Positions 57,244 through 64,000 of a stretch of 64,000 nucleotides of DNA are shown here, piece by piece; position 1 is the stretch's first letter, and every line of letters begins with the position of its first letter. The position numbers and the translations under genes were made by a program. A model generated the notes under the pieces. It made no database searches. It saw only the letters and a list, made by a program, of their open reading frames with translations, and was not told where the DNA came from. This stretch comes from a virus, in UHGV virus genome UHGV-0018629; one strand, written 5' to 3'.

Positions 57244-57869
57244 TACAATAGCTCAAAGAATTCTTTGAGTCCTCTTATTACATGAGCGTGAGTTTTTCCA
57301 CACTCTGGACACTTAATTGGAACAGCCAAATAAACAGTAGGCTTTAAAAGCATATCTTTTATAGCTACAATATCTGACTCTGTGATGATAGAATATAAAT
57401 CTTCCAGTTCTTTTTCATTTAAGTCTTCAACTGGAATGCTTTCACCGTTAGCATGAATCGTTTCTATACATGATACTATCATGTGGGCTATATTTTTATC
57501 ATCAAAAATTTTAGGGTAATGGAACTTAATTTTAATGTCACCCAGTGTATACCAGAGGTCTTCTGGTGCATCTATTTGTGTATGTAATAGATTTATATGG
57601 GTTGGTATTTCAGTTCCACAGGTGCACTTCCAGGAGTTTTCGTGATTAACTTCTCCAAGAGAATGCGCCCATAAATGAATCAGTAATAGTTCTGATTCTT
57701 GGCGGTTTAAATCTTTTGCATTCGTGCAGTCTTTAATTAGCTTTTTAACAATTTCTTCTACGGAACCATTATTTTTGGCAGTAATAAGTTCTAGATATTC
57801 TTTAAGAGTAAATGCGCGACAATTGATTATTTTAGAACCAACTCTCACGTCAAATTTATATTCATACAT
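57243..57869 (-). CDS. 26: Baseplate hub protein gp26
   Basis: 208 aa, synteny, divergent from gene 51. Confidence 0.85.
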   Translation of the reverse strand: MYEYKFDVRVGSKIINCRAFTLKEYLELITAKNNGSVEEIVKKLIKDCTNAKDLNRQESELLLIHLWAHSLGEVNHENSWKCTCGTEIPTHINLLHTQIDAPEDLWYTLGDIKIKFHYPKIFDDKNIAHMIVSCIETIHANGESIPVEDLNEKELEDLYSIITESDIVAIKDMLLKPTVYLAVPIKCPECGKTHAHVIRGLKEFFELL

Positions 57870-57884
57870 ATTTAGCTCCTTTAT

Positions 57885-57910
57885 TTATCATATTTATAAA
57901 TAGAATAAAA
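57885..57910. promoter_or_regulatory. Divergent overlapping late promoters for genes 26 (minus) and 51 (plus)
   Basis: tataaata at 57895..57902 plus; tatttata on plus just upstream gives TATAAATA on minus. Confidence 0.6.
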
Positions 57911-57919
57911 GGAGCATCT

Positions 57920-58672
57920 ATGGCAAACATTATTCGTTGTAAATTACCAGATGGTGTTCATCGTTTTAAACCATTTACGGTAGAAGATTATCGAGATTTT
58001 TTGTTAGTTCGAAACGATATAGAACATCGGTCACCACAAGAACAAAAAGAAGTAATTGCTGATTTAATTGCTGATTATTTTGGAGACTATCCAAAGACTT
58101 GGCAACCATTTATATTTTTGCAGGTATTTGTAGGGTCAATAGGTAAAACTAAAGTACCGGTCACATTTGTATGTCCAAAATGTAAAAAAGAAAAGACAGT
58201 TCCATTTGAAATATATCAAAAAGAATTAAAGGAACCCATTTTTGATGTAGCTAATGTTAAAATTAAATTAAAGTTTCCTTCTGGGTTTTATGAAAATAAA
58301 GCAAAGATGATTACTGAAAATATTCATTCTGTTCAAGTAGATGAAACATGGTATGATTGGAAGGAAATTAGTGAATCGAGTCAAATAGAACTTGTTGACG
58401 CCATCGAGATAGAAACATTAGAAAAAATTCTCGATGCAATGAATCCTATTAATTTAACATTACACATGTCATGCTGTGATAAGTACATTAAAAAATACAC
58501 TGATATAGTAGATGTGTTTAAGCTATTAGTTAATCCAGATGAGATATTTACTTTTTATCAAATTAATCACACGCTTGTAAAAAGTAATTATAGCTTAAAT
58601 TCAATAATGAAAATGATTCCTGCCGAGCGCGGATTCGTATTAAAACTGATTGAGAAGGATAAACATCAATGA
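57920..58672 (+). CDS. 51: Baseplate hub assembly protein gp51
   Basis: 250 aa, synteny. Confidence 0.85.
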   Translation: MANIIRCKLPDGVHRFKPFTVEDYRDFLLVRNDIEHRSPQEQKEVIADLIADYFGDYPKTWQPFIFLQVFVGSIGKTKVPVTFVCPKCKKEKTVPFEIYQKELKEPIFDVANVKIKLKFPSGFYENKAKMITENIHSVQVDETWYDWKEISESSQIELVDAIEIETLEKILDAMNPINLTLHMSCCDKYIKKYTDIVDVFKLLVNPDEIFTFYQINHTLVKSNYSLNSIMKMIPAERGFVLKLIEKDKHQ

Positions 58673-59841
58673 GTATGTTACAACGCCCTGGATATCCAAA
58701 TCTCAGCGTTAAATTATTTGAGAGTTATGACGCTTGGAGTAATAATAGATTTGTTGAATTAGCTGCTACTATTACCACATTAACTATGCGTGACTCTCTT
58801 TATGGTCGAAATGAAGGAATGCTACAATTTTATGATTCTAAAAACATTCATACAAAAATGGATGGAAATGAAATAATTCAGATTTCTGTGGCTAATGCAA
58901 ACGATATTAATAATGTTAAAACACGAATTTATGGATGTAAGCATTTTTCTGTATCAGTAGATTCAAAAGGCGATAACATCATTGCCATTGAATTGGGAAC
59001 TATTCATTCTATAGAAAATCTTAAATTTGGTAGACCATTTTTCCCTGATGCAGGTGAATCTATAAAAGAAATGCTTGGCGTCATTTATCAAGATCGTACA
59101 TTATTAACCCCAGCGATAAATGCTATTAATGCTTATGTTCCTGATATTCCGTGGACTAGCACATTTGAAAACTATTTGTCATATGTAAGAGAAGTTGCTC
59201 TAGCGGTAGGAAGCGATAAGTTCGTATTTGTATGGCAAGACATCATGGGAGTTAACATGATGGACTATGATATGATGATAAATCAAGAACCATATCCAAT
59301 GATTGTAGGTGAGCCAACTTTAATAGGTCAATTCGTCCAAGAATTAAAATATCCATTAGCATATGATTTTGTTTGGTTGACTAAATCAAACCCGCATAAA
59401 CGTGATCCAATGAAAAATGCTACTATCTATGCTCATTCATTTTTAGATTCTTCATTACCAATGATTACTACAGGAAAGGGTGAAAACTCTATTGTAGTGT
59501 CAAGGTCAGGTGCTTATTCTGAAATGACTTATAGAAATGGATATGAAGAAGCTATTCGTCTTCAGACTATGGCGCAGTATGATGGTTACGCTAAATGTTC
59601 TACTGTCGGTAATTTTAACTTGACTCCTGGCGTTAAAATTATTTTTAATGATAGTAAAAACCAATTTAAAACAGAATTTTACGTTGATGAAGTTATTCAC
59701 GAATTATCAAATAATAATTCCGTAACTCATCTTTATATGTTCACTAATGCAACGAAACTGGAAACAATCGACCCAGTTAAGGTTAAAAATGAATTTAAAA
59801 CTGATACTACCACTGAAGAAAGTAGTTCTTCCGATAAGTAA
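58669..59841 (+). CDS. 27: Baseplate hub protein gp27
   Basis: 390 aa, synteny. Confidence 0.9.
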   Translation: MSMLQRPGYPNLSVKLFESYDAWSNNRFVELAATITTLTMRDSLYGRNEGMLQFYDSKNIHTKMDGNEIIQISVANANDINNVKTRIYGCKHFSVSVDSKGDNIIAIELGTIHSIENLKFGRPFFPDAGESIKEMLGVIYQDRTLLTPAINAINAYVPDIPWTSTFENYLSYVREVALAVGSDKFVFVWQDIMGVNMMDYDMMINQEPYPMIVGEPTLIGQFVQELKYPLAYDFVWLTKSNPHKRDPMKNATIYAHSFLDSSLPMITTGKGENSIVVSRSGAYSEMTYRNGYEEAIRLQTMAQYDGYAKCSTVGNFNLTPGVKIIFNDSKNQFKTEFYVDEVIHELSNNNSVTHLYMFTNATKLETIDPVKVKNEFKTDTTTEESSSSDK

Positions 59842-60322
59842 TAAAGAAGTTTCTATTCCTAAGATGGGTCTTAAACATTATAACATTTTAAAAGATGTTA
59901 AAGGTCCTGATGAAAATTTAAAACTTCTTATTGATTCTATTTGTCCGAATTTATCACCAGCAGAAGTTGATTTCGTTTCCATTCATTTATTGGAATTTAA
60001 TGGAAAGATTAAATCCCGTAAAGAAATAGATGGTTATACTTATGACATTAATGATGTTTATGTGTGCCAAAGATTAGAATTTCAATACCAAGGAAATACA
60101 TTTTATTTTAGACCTCCTGGAAAATTTGAACAATTTTTAACTGTAAGCGATATGTTATCCAAATGCTTGCTTAAGGTCAATGATGAAGTTAAAGAAATTA
60201 ATTTTCTTGAGATGCCAGCATTCGTTTTAAAATGGGCAAATGATATTTCTACAACTTTAGCAATTCCTGGCCCTAATGGTCCAATAACTGGAATTGGCAA
60301 TATTATTGGATTATTTGAATGA
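59789..60322 (+). CDS. 28: Baseplate hub distal protein gp28
   Basis: 177 aa from internal Met MNLKLILPL; track ORF starts 14 codons earlier. Confidence 0.8.
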   Translation: MNLKLILPLKKVVLPISNKEVSIPKMGLKHYNILKDVKGPDENLKLLIDSICPNLSPAEVDFVSIHLLEFNGKIKSRKEIDGYTYDINDVYVCQRLEFQYQGNTFYFRPPGKFEQFLTVSDMLSKCLLKVNDEVKEINFLEMPAFVLKWANDISTTLAIPGPNGPITGIGNIIGLFE

Positions 60323-62091
60323 AAAAGCCACAAGAAATGCAAACGATGCGTAGAAAAGTCATTTCAGATAATAAACCAACACAGGAAGCGGCTAAAACCG
60401 CTTCTAATACTTTATCTGGTCTTAATGACATTTCTACAAAATTAGATGATGCTCAAGCTGCTTCTGAATTAATAGCTCAGACTGTTGAAGAAAAATCAAA
60501 TGAAATAGTTGGAGCAATTGATAACGTTGAAAGCGCAGTAAGTGATACTACTGCCGGTTCTGAGTTAATTGCTGAAACTGTCGAAATTGGCAACAATATT
60601 AATAAAGAAATCGGTGAATCGCTCGGAAGTAAATTAGATAAATTGACAAGTTTACTGGAGCAAAAAATTCAGACAGCTGGAATTCAGCAGACTGGAACGA
60701 GTTTAGCAGTAGTCGAAAGCGCTATTCCTGTTAAGGTGGTTGAGGATGATACAGCTGAATTTGTTGGTCCTTTATTACCGGCTCCTGAAGCAGTTAATAA
60801 CAACCCAGATGCTGATTTTTTCCCTACTCCTCAGCCAGTTGAACCAAAACAAGAGTCTCCAGAAGAGAAGCAAAAAAGAGACGCATTTAACTTAAAAATA
60901 TCTAATGCATTAGATAAATTAACAAAGACAGTTGATTTTGGATTTAAGAAATCTATTTCAATTACTGATAAAATATCTAGCATGCTATTTAAGTATACCG
61001 TCAGTGCTGCTATTGAAGCTGCTAAAATGGTTGCATTGATAATGGCTGTTGTTATTGGAATAGACCTGCTGATGGTTCATTTTAAATACTGGTCAGATAA
61101 ATTTTCAAAAGCCTGGGATTTATTTAGCACTGATTTTAAAACTTTCTCAAGCGAAACAGGAACTTGGGGTCCTTTATTACAAAGCATCTTTGAATCTATT
61201 GATGAAATTAAAAAGTTCTGGGAAGCTGGAGATTGGGGCGGATTAACAGTAGCTATTGTTGAAGGGCTTGGAAGTGTTCTTTATAATTTAGGAGAGCTTA
61301 TTCAATTAGGTATGGCTAAATTATCTGCAGCAATTCTTCGAGTCATTCCTGGCATGAAGGATACTGCTGATGAAGTAGAAGGAAGAGCATTAGAAAATTT
61401 CCAAAATTCTACTGGAGCGTCTCTTAATAAAGAAGACCAAGAAAAAGTAGCAAATTATCAAGATAAACGAATGAATGACGATCTTGGCCCAATAGCAAAA
61501 GGATTAGACAAAATTGCGAACTGGAAAACTCGTGCATCTAACTGGATTCGTGGTGTAGATAATAAAGAAGCATTGACTACTGACGAAGAACGTGCAGCAG
61601 AAGAAGAAAAATTAAAACAACTTTCACCGGAAGAAAGAAAAAATGCTTTAATGAAAGCTAATGAAGCTCGTGCTGCGATGATTCGTTTTGAAAAATACGC
61701 TGATTCAGCTGATATGAGCAAAGACTCGACAGTTAAATCAATTGAAGCTGCTCATGAAGACCTTAAAAAACGGATGGATGACCCGGATTTAAATAATTCA
61801 CCGGCAGTTAAAAAAGAACTTGCTGCTAGATTTTCTAAAATTGATGCTACTTATCAAGAGCTCAAGAAAAATCAGCCTAATGCCAAACCTGAAACTTCTG
61901 CTAAATCACCAGAAGCAAAACAGGTCCAGGTGATTGAAAAGAACAAAGCACAACAAGCTCCTGTTCAACAAGCATCTCCTTCAATCAATAATACTAATAA
62001 TGTTATTAAGAAAAATACTGTCGTTCATAATATGACACCCGTAACGAGCACAACGGCTCCTGGTATATTTGATGCGACTGGAGTTAATTAA
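60319..62091 (+). CDS. 29: Tail tape measure / hub protein gp29
   Basis: 590 aa, synteny. Confidence 0.9.
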   Translation: MKKPQEMQTMRRKVISDNKPTQEAAKTASNTLSGLNDISTKLDDAQAASELIAQTVEEKSNEIVGAIDNVESAVSDTTAGSELIAETVEIGNNINKEIGESLGSKLDKLTSLLEQKIQTAGIQQTGTSLAVVESAIPVKVVEDDTAEFVGPLLPAPEAVNNNPDADFFPTPQPVEPKQESPEEKQKRDAFNLKISNALDKLTKTVDFGFKKSISITDKISSMLFKYTVSAAIEAAKMVALIMAVVIGIDLLMVHFKYWSDKFSKAWDLFSTDFKTFSSETGTWGPLLQSIFESIDEIKKFWEAGDWGGLTVAIVEGLGSVLYNLGELIQLGMAKLSAAILRVIPGMKDTADEVEGRALENFQNSTGASLNKEDQEKVANYQDKRMNDDLGPIAKGLDKIANWKTRASNWIRGVDNKEALTTDEERAAEEEKLKQLSPEERKNALMKANEARAAMIRFEKYADSADMSKDSTVKSIEAAHEDLKKRMDDPDLNNSPAVKKELAARFSKIDATYQELKKNQPNAKPETSAKSPEAKQVQVIEKNKAQQAPVQQASPSINNTNNVIKKNTVVHNMTPVTSTTAPGIFDATGVN

Positions 62092-62099
62092 GGAATAAT

Positions 62100-63194
62100 A
62101 TGGCAATTGTTAAAGAAATAACTGCTGATTTAATTAAAAAGTCCGGTGAAACAATTTCAGCCGGACAGAGTACTAAATCAGAAGTAGGAACTAAAACATA
62201 CACAGCCCAGTTTCCAACTGGGCGTGCTAGTGGTAATGACACTACAGGGGACTTCCAGGTAACAGATCTATATAAGAATGGATTATTATTTACTGCATAC
62301 AATATGTCATCTAGGGATTCTGGAAGTCTTAGAACGATGAGATCTAACTACTCTTCTTCATCTTCGAGTATTTTACGTACAGCTAGAAACACTATCAGTA
62401 ATACAGTATCAAAACTATCAAATGGATTAGTATCAGATAATAATTCAGGAACAATAAGTAAAGTTCCTGTTGCAAATATTCTTTTACCTAGATCTAAATC
62501 TGACGTCGATACGTCATCACATAGATTTAATGATGTTCAAGATAGTCTTATTACAAAAGGCGGAGGTACTGCTACTGGTGTGCTAAGCAATATGGCTTCA
62601 ACCGCAGTATTTGGAGCATTGGAAAGTATAACACAAGGTATAATGGCTGATAATAATGAACAGATTTATACTACAGCCAGAAGTATGTATGGCGGTGCTG
62701 AGAATAGAACTAAAGTGTTCACTTGGGATTTGACTCCGCGTTCAACAGAAGATTTAATGGCTATTATTAATATCTATCAGTATTTTAATTATTTTTCTTA
62801 TGGTGAAACGGGTAAATCTCAATATGCTGCTGAAATAAAAGGATACTTAGATGAGTGGTATCGTTCTACATTTATTGAACCATTAACTCCAGAAGATGCA
62901 GTTAAAAATAAGACGTTATTTGAGAAAATGACATCGAGTTTAACGAACGTTCTAGTAGTTTCAAACCCGACAGTTTGGATGGTGAAAAACTTTGGTGCAA
63001 CATCTAAGTTTGATGGAAAAACGGAAGTATTTGGCCCATGCCAAATACAGAGTATCAGATTTGATAAAACACCAAATGGTAATTTTAATGGATTAGCTAT
63101 TGCTCCAAATCTTCCTAGTACATTTACCCTTGAGATTACTATGAGAGAAATTATTACGTTAAACCGTGCTTCTTTATATGCGGGGGCTTTCTAA
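62100..63194 (+). CDS. 48: Baseplate-tail tube junction protein gp48
   Basis: 364 aa, synteny. Confidence 0.9.
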   Translation: MAIVKEITADLIKKSGETISAGQSTKSEVGTKTYTAQFPTGRASGNDTTGDFQVTDLYKNGLLFTAYNMSSRDSGSLRTMRSNYSSSSSSILRTARNTISNTVSKLSNGLVSDNNSGTISKVPVANILLPRSKSDVDTSSHRFNDVQDSLITKGGGTATGVLSNMASTAVFGALESITQGIMADNNEQIYTTARSMYGGAENRTKVFTWDLTPRSTEDLMAIINIYQYFNYFSYGETGKSQYAAEIKGYLDEWYRSTFIEPLTPEDAVKNKTLFEKMTSSLTNVLVVSNPTVWMVKNFGATSKFDGKTEVFGPCQIQSIRFDKTPNGNFNGLAIAPNLPSTFTLEITMREIITLNRASLYAGAF

Positions 63195-64000
63195 TGTATT
63201 CTTTAGAGGAATTTAATAACCAAGCAATAAACGCAGACTTCCAACGTAATAATATGTTTAGTTGCGTTTTTGCGACAACTCCATCAACTAAAAGCTCTTC
63301 GTTGATAAGTTCAATTAGCAACTTTTCTTATAATAACTTGGGCCTAAATTCAGATTGGTTAGGACTAACTCAAGGCGATATTAATCAGGGAATTACCACG
63401 TTAATTACTGCTGGCACACAAAAACTGATAAGAAAATCAGGGGTTAGTAAATATCTTATTGGTGCTATGAGTCAACGTACAGTTCAAAGTTTATTAGGCT
63501 CATTTACAGTTGGTACATATTTAATTGACTTCTTTAACATGGCATATAACTCATCTGGGTTGATGATATATTCTGTAAAAATGCCAGAGAATAGATTATC
63601 CTATGAAACTGACTGGAACTATAACTCTCCTAATATTCGTATAACTGGAAGAGAATTAGACCCTTTGGTTATTTCATTCAGAATGGATTCAGAAGCTTGT
63701 AACTATCGTGCAATGCAAGACTGGGTTAACGCTGTTCAAGACCCAGTAACTGGATTGCGTGCTTTGCCGCAAGATGTCGAGGCAGATATTCAGGTTAATC
63801 TTCATTCTCGTAATGGATTACCACATACTGCGGTGATGTTCACTGGCTGTATTCCAATATCTGTGAGTGCTCCTGAGTTATCATATGATGGAGATAACCA
63901 AATAACTACATTTGATGTTACTTTTGCGTACAGAGTCATGCAGGCTGGAGCGGTTGATAGACAAGCTGCCCTTGAATGGCTTGAATCTGCTACTATAAAT
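63194..64000 (+). CDS. 54: Baseplate-tail tube initiator gp54, 3'-truncated by window end
   Basis: ATG overlaps gp48 stop (TAATG); frame open to window end. Confidence 0.85.
   Translation, partial: MYSLEEFNNQAINADFQRNNMFSCVFATTPSTKSSSLISSISNFSYNNLGLNSDWLGLTQGDINQGITTLITAGTQKLIRKSGVSKYLIGAMSQRTVQSLLGSFTVGTYLIDFFNMAYNSSGLMIYSVKMPENRLSYETDWNYNSPNIRITGRELDPLVISFRMDSEACNYRAMQDWVNAVQDPVTGLRALPQDVEADIQVNLHSRNGLPHTAVMFTGCIPISVSAPELSYDGDNQITTFDVTFAYRVMQAGAVDRQAALEWLESATIN

Overview
This window is a near-complete structural and early-gene segment of a T4-like (T-even) myovirus, running from rI to the 5' part of gene 54. Left arm (1-20391) is minus-strand: rI, tk, a macro-domain gene, vs-like, regB, a GrcA-like glycyl-radical cofactor, internal-protein genes, e lysozyme, nudE, an accessory island of small membrane/coiled-coil/internal-protein-like genes, a 9-tRNA cluster interrupted by a segB-like GIY-YIG homing endonuclease, then 57B, 57A, 1, 3, 2, 4. 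Right arm (20439-64000) is mostly plus-strand late genes: baseplate 53, 5, 5.1, 5.4, 6-12, wac, neck 13-15, terminase 16/17, sheath 18, tube 19, portal 20, head 67, 68, 21-24, then rnlB, hoc, inh, uvsW, uvsY, 25, 26, 51, 27, 28, 29, 48, 54. It is a T4 relative, not T4 itself: lysozyme differs at a few residues from the T4 sequence as I recall it, no denV-like ORF is present, no seg gene sits between 23/24 or inh/uvsW, Hoc carries an extra Ig-like domain, and the tRNA set differs. No CRISPR array, integrase or rRNA was seen. The best candidates for undescribed biology are the hyperplastic islands: five genes with an N-terminal capsid-targeting sequence (two in unexpected positions), each cassette bracketed by direct repeats; a tandem family of small membrane proteins; a T5orf172-like gene beside a GC-rich structured non-coding tract; and an uncharacterised block between tRNA-Gln and the ipI-position gene. 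All calls are from reading the sequence and recalled family features; no database search was run.
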